NCBI GenBank assembly: GCA_016186985.1
Contig: JACPKO010000061.1
Span: 1 to 37,443 of the forward strand
Reading direction: 5' to 3'
DNA length: 37,443 nucleotides
DNA from: Candidatus Daviesbacteria bacterium
Lineage (GTDB): Bacteria; Patescibacteriota; Microgenomatia; Daviesbacterales; UBA10151
In this document: positions 17,952 to 26,277 of the stretch, in pieces
Layout of the letters: every line of letters begins with the position of its first letter
Numbering within the stretch: position 1 is the stretch's first letter
Position numbers and translations under genes: made by a program
Notes under the pieces: generated by a model
The model's input: the letters and a program-made list of their open reading frames with translations, nothing else
Database searches by the model: none
What the model was told of the DNA's origin: nothing

Positions 17952-19288
17952 TTATTCTAGCTTCTTGATTCTATTTAAAAGATACTCCCGATTATTTTTT
18001 GAAGCATCCTCTAAAACTTCTTTAAAAAGTTTATTCAAAATTTCACCAATTTTTGGTCCGGGTTTGATTTGCAAAACTTCCATAACATCAGACCCGTTAA
18101 TTTTTAAATCGGAAATAGAAAAAGGTTTTTTTAAAACTTCTTTGATGCGTTTTTTAAATTCTTCCATTCTCCATGACGTTTCAGTTGCCGTTCCTCCACC
18201 CAAACGGTCGGCAATTCGAAGCGCCATCATATCCTCAACATTTTCCAGTCCGATATTCTTTATAAAACGACGAACTGCCGAGTCTCAGATTCGGCTTTTG
18301 ATAACCTGAGTCTCCCGGAAACCTTTTTGGATAAATTAGCTCCGACTGTTTCATGTCCGTAAAAAGTAACATTACCATTTTCGTCTTTCTTAAAAGTTTG
18401 AACTTTACCAATGTCATGAATTAAAGCTGCAAATCTAACTAAAGGGTTTTTGCTGGGGCAAAATTTTAAAGACAAAAATAAATGCTCGCCAATATCATAA
18501 ATTCTGTCATGTCTTGGTCCTTCCTGAACAATCCCAAAACATTCTGTCACCTCAGGCAAAATTATTTCCAGAAGTCCTGTATCTTTTAACTTGATTAGCC
18601 CATCGTAAGCGTTGTCTGATTCTAAAATTTTAAACAACTCATCGCGTATTCTTTCCCAGGAAATGTTTTTGATCAAAAAAGCATTTTTTTTGAGAGATTC
18701 AAAAGTACTTGCCTCGATTTTGAAATTTAGTTGAGCTGCTAATCGGAGTGCCCGCATGAGTCTTAAGGCGTCTTCTGCAAATCTCACATCAGGATCGCCG
18801 ACGGCGCGGATTAATTTTAAGTTAAGGTCTGGCTGTCCTTTAAAGGGGTCAATAATTTTGGGATAGGAATTTTTGCTTATCTCAAGCGCGATTGCATTTA
18901 TTGTAAAATCGCGTCTTGCTAGATCTTTGTTAATATCATCAGTCCATGAAACTTCTTCCGGGTGGCGGGAATCTTTATAATCGCTTTCACTCCGCATTGT
19001 CGTTATCTCTATAATAGGAAAGCGATTAGAGGCGAGCGATTTGCGAGACTCATAATCCCCAGTTGTTTTCATGGGTACTCCCACTGTACCGAATTTATTA
19101 TTATAAAATCCCTCAGGAAACAATTTTAGAATTTCCCCGGGTTTTGCATCGGTTGTAAGATCCCAGTCTTTTGCTTCCCTTTTCATTAAAATATCACGCA
19201 CACCTCCTCCTACTAAATAGGCTTTAAATCCACTGCTCAAAAATTTGTTTATAACCTTATATACATCTTCTGGTAAAATGATTTCCAT
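17952..19288 (-). pseudogene. cca: CCA-adding enzyme (class II tRNA nucleotidyltransferase + HD domain), reading frame interrupted near 18260-18290
   Basis: ORF 18260-19288 has YLVGGGVRD...DWDLTT (NTase head), ERIRDE (body), and HD-domain start LIHDIGK...FYGHE, then stops at 18260-18262. The remaining HD-domain/C-terminal part (DSAVRRFIKNIGLENVEDMMALRIADRLGGG...SISDLKINGSDVM) continues in another frame that is open over 17952-18284. Confidence 0.7.
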
Positions 19289-19371
19289 TATAGAATTGTA
19301 CTATAGATCCTGTTTTTATTAGATGAAATTAATGTAGGATCTATTAACATCACTTAAGTGACTTTTATAAA

Positions 19372-20967
19372 ATGACTAAGGTTTGGAAAATCAAGAAGAA
19401 ACTAAGCGAAGATATATTGGAACAGCTTTTAATCAATCGTAGATTAACCTCCGAAATAGATAAAGAAAACTTCTTTAATCCAAAAATTGAAGATTACCAA
19501 AAAGATCTGGAAATTCCGGGAATTGAAAAATCCCTAAGAAGAATTAAGGAGGCTATCGAAAAAGAGGAGTTAATGGTGGTATTTGGAGATTATGATGTGG
19601 ATGGAATATCGGCTTGCGCAATTTTGTACAAAGCCTTAACTTCCCTGGGAGCAAAAGTTTTGCCTTACATTCCCCATCGGGAAAAAGAGGGATATGGTTT
19701 ATCAAAGTTGGGCCTGGAATTTGCCAGGGATTCGGATGCGGGAGTCGTAATTACGGTTGACAACGGTATTGTGGCACTTGAGGAGGCTGAATTTGCAAAA
19801 TCCATGGGGCTTGATTTAATCATTACAGATCACCATGCTCCGGGGGATAAAAAGCCTGAGGCGTTTTCGATTATCCACTCAACCAAAATGTGCGGGGCGG
19901 CAGTTGCATGGTGTTTAATACAGGGGATAGTGAAAAGTGAATTAAGGGAAGAGTTATTAGAGCTTGTTGCGGTTGCAACTATTGCGGATATGATGCCTCT
20001 TTTGGGTTTAAACAGGGCTTTTGTTGTTGAAGGGCTAAAACATCTCAATAAAACAACGAATTTGGGACTTCTTGCCTTATTAAATGAGAGCGGGATTGAA
20101 AAGGGTCAGGTTAAATCTTTTGAGGTTGGGCATATAATTGCGCCAAGAATTAATGCGATAGGAAGATTAGAACACGCAATTGATGCACTGAGGCTTCTTT
20201 GCACAAATGATCAGGTGAAGGCAAAAAGACTTGCAAAACTTTTATCTGAAACAAATTCAAAAAGACAGGATTTAACTATGAAAGCTTATGAAGAAGCTCT
20301 CGTGCTGGCCGAAAAAAATACAGGCAAAAAAATCCAGGTTTTATATTCCAGGGATTGGCATCAAGGTATTATCGGGCTTGTTGCCTCAAGAATTACAGAT
20401 CAATATTTTATGCCAACTATCGCAATATCGATAAACAAAGAGGTTTCCAAAGGTTCGGCAAGAAGTATTGAGGGGATTAATATAACTGAAGTTTTAAGAA
20501 GCTGTTCGGATTTTCTGGTTGACGTTGGCGGCCATGCGGGAGCTGCGGGCTTTAGTATTAAGACAGAGTCTGTTCAGGTTTTTAAAAAAAGAATTGAACA
20601 GTTAGTTGAGGAACTTGGTTCTGAAGTTTCAGAAAAGTTTTTAACAATTGAGGCAGAACTACCGTTTAGTAAAATTAATAAGACTTTAGTTAAAAAACTT
20701 GGGGATTTCGAGCCCTTTGGTCTCGAAAATCCTCAACCGGTTTTTGCCTCGTTTAACGCAAAACTTACTGATATTAGGACCGTTGGTAACGGCAAGCACT
20801 TGAAGTTTAGGGCCGAAGGAATTGATGCTATTGCTTTTAATATGGGGGAGCTGGAATCTTTTTTGCAGCCCGGGCAGCTCATAAACTTGGCATATATCCT
20901 GGAAATAAATCAATTTAACGGTAGCGAGACTTTGCAGCTTAAGGTTAAAGATATACAACTGGCTTAG
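19372..20967 (+). CDS. recJ: Single-stranded-DNA-specific exonuclease RecJ
   Basis: DHH motifs VFGDYDVDGISA, VDNGI, ITDHH. DHHA1 motif GGHAGAAGF. Confidence 0.9.
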   Translation: MTKVWKIKKKLSEDILEQLLINRRLTSEIDKENFFNPKIEDYQKDLEIPGIEKSLRRIKEAIEKEELMVVFGDYDVDGISACAILYKALTSLGAKVLPYIPHREKEGYGLSKLGLEFARDSDAGVVITVDNGIVALEEAEFAKSMGLDLIITDHHAPGDKKPEAFSIIHSTKMCGAAVAWCLIQGIVKSELREELLELVAVATIADMMPLLGLNRAFVVEGLKHLNKTTNLGLLALLNESGIEKGQVKSFEVGHIIAPRINAIGRLEHAIDALRLLCTNDQVKAKRLAKLLSETNSKRQDLTMKAYEEALVLAEKNTGKKIQVLYSRDWHQGIIGLVASRITDQYFMPTIAISINKEVSKGSARSIEGINITEVLRSCSDFLVDVGGHAGAAGFSIKTESVQVFKKRIEQLVEELGSEVSEKFLTIEAELPFSKINKTLVKKLGDFEPFGLENPQPVFASFNAKLTDIRTVGNGKHLKFRAEGIDAIAFNMGELESFLQPGQLINLAYILEINQFNGSETLQLKVKDIQLA

Positions 20968-20972
20968 AATGC

Positions 20973-21000
20973 TGGACATTTTCTTATTTAGTGATATACT
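20973..21000 (+). promoter_or_regulatory. Extended -10 promoter of the aro operon leader
   Basis: TGGACA (20973-20978), 16 nt, TG-A-TATACT (20992-21000). The predicted start site at about 21007-21008 coincides with the leader ATG. Confidence 0.45.
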
Positions 21001-21007
21001 TATCTTA

Positions 21008-21076
21008 ATGGATCGCAAAATCTCGAAATGGTTTAGTTATTTTAGCTTTTACTTCCGCAAGGAGGGGGTTTTTTAA
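21008..21076 (+). CDS. Candidate attenuator leader peptide MDRKISKWFSYFSFYFRKEGVF (22 aa), absent from the ORF track
   Basis: ATG at 21008, TAA at 21074-21076. Residues 8-16 (WFSYFSFYF) are 7 of 9 aromatic: TGG, TTT x3, TTC, TAT, TAC. The ORF overlaps alternative RNA helices and lies upstream of the aromatic-amino-acid operon. Confidence 0.55.
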   Translation: MDRKISKWFSYFSFYFRKEGVF

Positions 21077-21127
21077 TGCTTTAAAAAAGCATTAAAGTAA
21101 TAAGCCCCCGAGAGGGGGATTTTTTTT
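21052..21127 (+). promoter_or_regulatory. Attenuator RNA with 1:2, 2:3 (antiterminator) and 3:4 (terminator) alternative pairings
   Basis: 1:2 is CUUCC (21052-56) / GGAGG (21061-65) with a GCAA loop. 2:3 is GGGGGUUUUUUA (21064-75) / UAAUAAGCCCCC (21098-21109). 3:4 is CCCCC (21105-09)-GAGA-GGGGG (21114-18). An extra hairpin AATGCTTT/AAAGCATT sits at 21075-21093. Confidence 0.5.
21105..21127 (+). terminator. Intrinsic terminator (attenuator 3:4 helix)
   Basis: 5-bp all-GC stem with a GAGA tetraloop, followed by A plus T8 (21120-21127). Confidence 0.65.
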
Positions 21128-21140
21128 GGTTTTTTAGTAT

Positions 21141-22058
21141 TTGAAAAAATATATGAAAAATAAAAGAATCACAAAATTTACATTAGATAAGCAAAGCTTT
21201 CTTTCAGATAAGCAAAGCTTTCTTTCAGATAAAATAATAATAGCAGGGCCTTGTGCTGCGGAAACGCGAGAGCAGGTGATAAAAAGCGCTAAAGAGGCAA
21301 AGAAACGGGGTGTTAAAATATTGAGAGCATCTTTGTGGAAACCCCGTACTGAGCCTGGATTTGACGGAGTAAAAGAAAAAGGAATTCCGTGGCTTATAGA
21401 GGTTGCAAAAATGGGCATAACCCCTGGTACTGAGGTTTTAAATGCGCGCAATACAAAAGCAGTACTTAATGCTATCGCAAAAAATGTATCTAAGCCCTCC
21501 GCACTAATTTGGATTGGTGCCAGAAACCAAAACCATGATGAGCAGATCGCTATTGCAAAAGTTGTAAACAGATACCCTTGGGCCCGCTTTATGTTTAAAA
21601 ACCAGCCATGGAGGCACGAAAGGCACTGGAGAGGGATTCTAAAGCACATTTTAAACAGTAAAATCGGGAAGGATAAGGTTATCTTAAGTCATAGGGGATT
21701 TGATCCAGGAACCGACGAACCCCGCGATCCAAAATCACTGCGCAATGTGCCTGATTACAAGATGGCTATGAGGATTAAAACCGAAGAGGATGTTGAAATG
21801 ATCATTGACCCTTCTCATATGGGAGGTACTGTTGAAAACGTAATTAAAATTACCAAAGAAGCGATGCGTTATGGTGAAAATGGTGCTTCATTTGATGGGT
21901 TTATTTTTGAAGTTCATCCGAACCCTTCGGTTGCGTGGACTGATGCCAAACAGCAATTAACGTGGGAGCAGTTTGATGAATTAATGGAGGAATATCAAAA
22001 ATTGCAATCCGAACTTTCTATTAAACCTGGACACACATCCGCCCAAGTTTCGTTCTGA
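21141..22058 (+). CDS. aroF: 3-deoxy-7-phosphoheptulonate (DAHP) synthase, type I-beta
   Basis: IAGPCAAETREQ, LRASLWKPRT, IGARNQNH, LSHRGF, IDPSHMGG, FEVHPNP...AWTDAKQQL. The ORF opens at TTG 21141 and the first ATG is at 21153. Confidence 0.85.
   Translation: MKKYMKNKRITKFTLDKQSFLSDKQSFLSDKIIIAGPCAAETREQVIKSAKEAKKRGVKILRASLWKPRTEPGFDGVKEKGIPWLIEVAKMGITPGTEVLNARNTKAVLNAIAKNVSKPSALIWIGARNQNHDEQIAIAKVVNRYPWARFMFKNQPWRHERHWRGILKHILNSKIGKDKVILSHRGFDPGTDEPRDPKSLRNVPDYKMAMRIKTEEDVEMIIDPSHMGGTVENVIKITKEAMRYGENGASFDGFIFEVHPNPSVAWTDAKQQLTWEQFDELMEEYQKLQSELSIKPGHTSAQVSF
21186..21232. repeat. 21-bp in-frame tandem duplication (2 copies plus 5 nt) in the aroF N-terminal extension
   Basis: GATAAGCAAAGCTTTCTTTCA at 21186-21206 and 21207-21227, then GATAA. 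Encodes DKQSFLS-DKQSFLS-DK. Confidence 0.95.
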
Positions 22059-23686
22059 TGCTAGATTCTAATTCAAAAATCCATATAGTCGGAGGTACAG
22101 GAGTCATGGGTTTGTGGCTTAGGAATTTTTTGGAATCCCTCGGTATTCATGTCACGATTAGTGATGAAAAAATTAAGCCAGGGTTAAATTTACAACAATC
22201 TGACTTTATTTTTATTTCTGTTCCTATTGCAGTAGCTCCCAAAGTTATCTTAGAAACTGCAAAAAAAGCAGATAAAGCTTGCTTGATTATTGACCTCTCA
22301 TCAGTAAAATCAGAAACAGCAAAAGCTTTAAAGGAATGTAAAAGAAATAGTTTATCCTTACATTTTCTTTTTGGACCTTCCATCAGTTCGATTAAAAATC
22401 AAAGGATAATTTATCAAACTTTCGGGTCAAAGGAAAAATCCAACTGGATTTTAAAATTATTTGAAAACGAAGGAGCCCAGATTATTGAGTTAAATTCAAA
22501 GGCGCATGACTTTTTAATGGCGCATATACAATCGTTAACGCATTTTATTAACCTGACTTTTGCCCAAATATTAATGGACGATAAAATCGGCTTAAAAGGG
22601 AATGTTTCTACGCCGGTGCACCTTTCCCAATTATCAGCAGCAATGCGGGTTTTGTCTCAAAATCCAAAACTTCTAGGCGAAATTCAGGTTTTAAATCCGG
22701 AATTTTTATCCGTTTTGGAAAATTTTTTAAAAATCCAAAAGAAATTAATTCAGAAAATCAAAGGTAAAAAGATTTTAGAAATTGAAGAGCAATTTATGAA
22801 CTTGAGAAAAAGTATGGAATCCGTTTCTGTTAAAATCGTTAAGAACCCGGAAATACATAAAACAGAAAAAAGCCTGATAAACGACTTAAATATTGGCTAT
22901 TTAGGCCCGAAAGGAACATTCTCTAACCAGGCGGTTTTGAAAATGTTTTCTGATACAAAAAACACCCTGATACCCGCAGGGAATATTTACGATATGTTTG
23001 AAGATCTAGATAAAGATAAAGCTGATCTTATAGTAGCCCCGGCAGAAAATACAATTGAGGGGACAGTAAGGGAAACGCTAGATTTGTTATTTGACTACAA
23101 CGCAAAAATAATCGGAAAAATTGATTTGGAAATCTCACAGTGTTTGCTTTCAAAGGGGAGAAGTTTAAAAGAGATAAAAAAAGTGATATCCCACCCCCAA
23201 GCTTTAAACCAATCCAGGGATTTTCTTAATGAATATATGCCAGGTGTTATTCTTGAGTCGAGCCCTTCGACAATCGCTTCGGTAGCGGAATTAAAAAATC
23301 CCGAAGTTGCGATAATCGGGCCGGAACTTGCAGCTAAAATTTATAACTTAAATGTTTTAAAAAAAGATATCCAAAATTCTAAGAACAACACCACAAGGTT
23401 TTATGTAATTTCAAAAAAGGATATCCTGAATCTAAAAAATAGGACAAAAAGTTTACTATTTTTATCAGTGTTTAACAGAGTCGGTATTTTAAGGGATATC
23501 CTTTCGATATTTGCTGACTTATCAATAAATTTAAATAAAATCGAATCCCGGCCGAGTAAGGAAAAAAATTGGGATTATTACTTTTTTATAGAAATTGAAC
23601 TTACAGATGATGATCCCAGATTCAATCAGGCATTAAACATATTAAAGCAATATTGCCCTACGATATTGGTTTTAGGTAAGCTGTAA
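22058..23686 (+). CDS. Bifunctional prephenate dehydrogenase (N) / prephenate dehydratase + ACT domain (C)
   Basis: N-terminal half: Rossmann IHIVGGTGVMG, ISVPI, DLSSVK, HFLFGP, AHDFLMAHIQSLTHF (TyrA). C-terminal half, from about 22890: IGYLGPKGTFSNQA, TRFYVIS, ESRPSK...WDYYFFIE (PheA catalytic + ACT). Confidence 0.85.
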   Translation: MLDSNSKIHIVGGTGVMGLWLRNFLESLGIHVTISDEKIKPGLNLQQSDFIFISVPIAVAPKVILETAKKADKACLIIDLSSVKSETAKALKECKRNSLSLHFLFGPSISSIKNQRIIYQTFGSKEKSNWILKLFENEGAQIIELNSKAHDFLMAHIQSLTHFINLTFAQILMDDKIGLKGNVSTPVHLSQLSAAMRVLSQNPKLLGEIQVLNPEFLSVLENFLKIQKKLIQKIKGKKILEIEEQFMNLRKSMESVSVKIVKNPEIHKTEKSLINDLNIGYLGPKGTFSNQAVLKMFSDTKNTLIPAGNIYDMFEDLDKDKADLIVAPAENTIEGTVRETLDLLFDYNAKIIGKIDLEISQCLLSKGRSLKEIKKVISHPQALNQSRDFLNEYMPGVILESSPSTIASVAELKNPEVAIIGPELAAKIYNLNVLKKDIQNSKNNTTRFYVISKKDILNLKNRTKSLLFLSVFNRVGILRDILSIFADLSINLNKIESRPSKEKNWDYYFFIEIELTDDDPRFNQALNILKQYCPTILVLGKL

Positions 23687-23688
23687 TT

Positions 23689-23967
23689 ATGAATGAAATT
23701 ACTAAATTACGTGCGCAAATAGATAAAATCGATGAAGAGCTGCTGGATCTTATTGCCGGGAGGGTTGAACTTGTAAGGCAGATCGGAATTGAAAAAAAGA
23801 AAGATGGGATCGGAGTAGTTGATGAAGATCGGGAGAGGAAAATTCTAAACGAATTAATGCTTAAGGCCGGGGAAAAAGGTATCAATCCGGAAATAGTTAA
23901 AAAAGTATGGAAAGTTTTAATTGATATATCTTATGAAATAGAGGGGGCTAAAAATGGAAATAGTTAA
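23689..23967 (+). CDS. aroQ: Chorismate mutase, AroQ class
   Basis: 92 aa. LRAQIDKIDEELLDLIAGRVELVRQIG and DEDRERKIL are typical of CM_2. Confidence 0.8.
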   Translation: MNEITKLRAQIDKIDEELLDLIAGRVELVRQIGIEKKKDGIGVVDEDRERKILNELMLKAGEKGINPEIVKKVWKVLIDISYEIEGAKNGNS

Positions 23968-24994
23968 TGTTTTTGACAGATATAATGTATATATAGGTTC
24001 CGGAATTTTAGGAAATATTAACGGGATTATAAATTTAGATAACTTCAGTAAAGTTATTGTTATTACGGATGAGAATATTCCTGCAAATTACCTAAAACAA
24101 TTTGAAAAAATTACTGTTCCGCCCGGGGAAAAATCTAAAAATATAGAAACCGTTAAATTGATTTGGGAAAAGATGCTGGAACTTGGATGCGACCGCAAAT
24201 CTTTGATAATTAATTTAGGGGGAGGGGTTATAGGTGATATGGGAGGATTTGCTGCTAGCTGCTATATGAGGGGGGTAAAATTTTTGCAGGTTTCAACCAC
24301 ATTACTCTCTTCAGTTGATGCTAGTGTTGGAGGAAAAGTTGGAATAGATTTTAACGGCGTAAAAAATTTAATTGGCACTTTTAACCAGCCAATCGGAGTT
24401 GTAATTGATATCGACACATTTAACAGCTTGTCAGATAGGGAATTTATCTCCGGTTTCGCAGAGATAATTAAACACGGGATAATAGCAGACACGGAATATT
24501 TTAAAAATGTTACTTCTAAAAAACCAGGGGAATTTTCAAAAGAAGAATTGATAGAAATTATTAAAAGATCCTGCGAGATAAAAGCGCAAATAATTTCAGA
24601 TGATGAAAAGGAAGCGGGCAATCGGAAATTATTAAACTTTGGTCATACAGTTGGGCATGCAATTGAAGGAATTTCTTTAGAAACAGACGATCCTTTACTA
24701 CATGGTGAAGCAGTCAGCATAGGTATGGTTGCTGAAGCAAAAATATCAAAAGAATTAGGCTTGATTGACGGTGTAACGGCTGAAAAAATTAAGGAAAGCC
24801 TAATGTTCGTGGGATTGCCTGTATCGTACAGCGTAGAAGATTTTGAAAAATTCTCCAGTCTTATCGGAAAAGATAAAAAAACGGAATCAGGGAAAATTAG
24901 ATGGACTCTGGTTAAAGGATTCGGGGAAGCCGCAATAAATCAGGAAGTCCCTGAGGATGTGATTAAAAAATCTCTTGCCTATATTTCCCAATAA
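23954..24994 (+). CDS. aroB: 3-dehydroquinate synthase
   Basis: GGGVIGDMGGFAASCYMRGVKFLQVSTTLLSSVDASVGGKVGI, LNFGHTVGHAIE and HGEAVSIGM. Confidence 0.9.
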   Translation: MEIVNVFDRYNVYIGSGILGNINGIINLDNFSKVIVITDENIPANYLKQFEKITVPPGEKSKNIETVKLIWEKMLELGCDRKSLIINLGGGVIGDMGGFAASCYMRGVKFLQVSTTLLSSVDASVGGKVGIDFNGVKNLIGTFNQPIGVVIDIDTFNSLSDREFISGFAEIIKHGIIADTEYFKNVTSKKPGEFSKEELIEIIKRSCEIKAQIISDDEKEAGNRKLLNFGHTVGHAIEGISLETDDPLLHGEAVSIGMVAEAKISKELGLIDGVTAEKIKESLMFVGLPVSYSVEDFEKFSSLIGKDKKTESGKIRWTLVKGFGEAAINQEVPEDVIKKSLAYISQ

Positions 24995-24999
24995 CTGCT

Positions 25000-26277
25000 A
25001 TGAAAAAATTTAAAATTGTTACTCCAGGTGAAATTTCAGGTGAGGTGTTAATTCCTCCCTCAAAAAGCTTAACCAACAGAGCTTTGGTTATTGCCTCTTT
25101 AATAAGGGGAGAGGTCAAAATTAAAAATCCACTGCAGTCAGGTGATACAAGGGCAATGATTGATTGCTTAAAAGAGCTGGGGATAAAGATCGAAGAGGAC
25201 CTTGGGGAAATTAGGGTGGTTGGGGATATTAGGGATATAAGGGAAAAGAAGTATCAACTAAACGCGAAACTTTCAGGGACAACAATCAGGTTTTTACTTG
25301 CACTAAGTTGTATCATCCCCGGAAAAAAAACAATTTTTGGCGAAGAATCTTTAAATAACAGACCGATTGGAGAATTAGCAGGAGCATTAAAAGACTTGGG
25401 GGCTGAAATTGAGTATTTGGAAAAACCCGGATACCCTCCTTTGTTGGTGAAATCCCCAAAGCTAACTGAGAAGAGGACAATACTTCATGGAGATATTTCC
25501 AGCCAATTTTTTTCAGCCTTACTGATGATAGGGCCTGTTATTGATGGTATTGAGATTTCCGTAATGGGGAAACAAATATCAAAGCCATATATAGATATGA
25601 CAATAGATTTAATGAATTACTTCGGTGTTAAAGTCGAGAATCAGGATTATAAAAGGTACGTAGTTGCGGTCGGGCAAAGATATATATGCAAAGATTATAA
25701 AGTAGAGGGTGATTATTCTTCAGCCGGTTATTTTCTTGCAATCGCCGCCCTGACTAAAACAACCTTGATACTGAAAAATTTAAATCCCAATTCAAGGCAA
25801 GCAGATAAAAACTTTATTGGAATAATTACACAATTAGGAAGTGAAATTAAATTTGAGGGAAATGATTTAATCATAACCGGAAATGGAATTAAAACTTTAA
25901 ATGTTGATATGGAAAATTGTCCTGACCAGGCTCAAACCTTAGCAGTGTTGCTAGCTTTTGCCAAGGGCAGATCAACAATTATGGGAATCAGGTCCTTAAG
26001 GGTTAAAGAAACAGAAAGAGTGCTCGCTTTGCAGACGGAGCTGTTAAAAATGGGGATTAAAACTGAATCAACTATTGATAGCCTGACGATCTTTGGTGGC
26101 GATCCGAAATCAGCGGAGATAGATACCTATAATGATCACAGGATGGCAATGGCTTTTGCGCTTGCAGGGACAGTTTTAGATGGAATGGTTATAAACAATC
26201 CGGAAGTTGTCACAAAAACTTTTCCTGATTTCTGGGAGAAGTTAGAAAGAGTTGGAGTGAAACATGAAGAAATTTAG
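25000..26277 (+). CDS. aroA: 3-phosphoshikimate 1-carboxyvinyltransferase (EPSP synthase)
   Basis: PPSKSLTNRALVIASL, LSGTTIRFL, LRVKETERV, DHRMAMAFALAG. Confidence 0.9.
   Translation: MKKFKIVTPGEISGEVLIPPSKSLTNRALVIASLIRGEVKIKNPLQSGDTRAMIDCLKELGIKIEEDLGEIRVVGDIRDIREKKYQLNAKLSGTTIRFLLALSCIIPGKKTIFGEESLNNRPIGELAGALKDLGAEIEYLEKPGYPPLLVKSPKLTEKRTILHGDISSQFFSALLMIGPVIDGIEISVMGKQISKPYIDMTIDLMNYFGVKVENQDYKRYVVAVGQRYICKDYKVEGDYSSAGYFLAIAALTKTTLILKNLNPNSRQADKNFIGIITQLGSEIKFEGNDLIITGNGIKTLNVDMENCPDQAQTLAVLLAFAKGRSTIMGIRSLRVKETERVLALQTELLKMGIKTESTIDSLTIFGGDPKSAEIDTYNDHRMAMAFALAGTVLDGMVINNPEVVTKTFPDFWEKLERVGVKHEEI

Noticed and set aside
17944-18417. ORFs 17944-18309 (+) and 18235-18417 (-).
   Set aside because: These are alternative frames or the antisense strand of the cca gene. 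cca homology fully explains the region.
21075-21093. Hairpin AATGCTTT-AAA-AAAGCATT, considered as an independent terminator for recJ.
   Set aside because: It is not followed by a U tract on the plus strand. It fits better as the apical stem-loop enclosed by the proposed antiterminator. The 21105-21127 terminator serving recJ remains an alternative and is noted in the finding.
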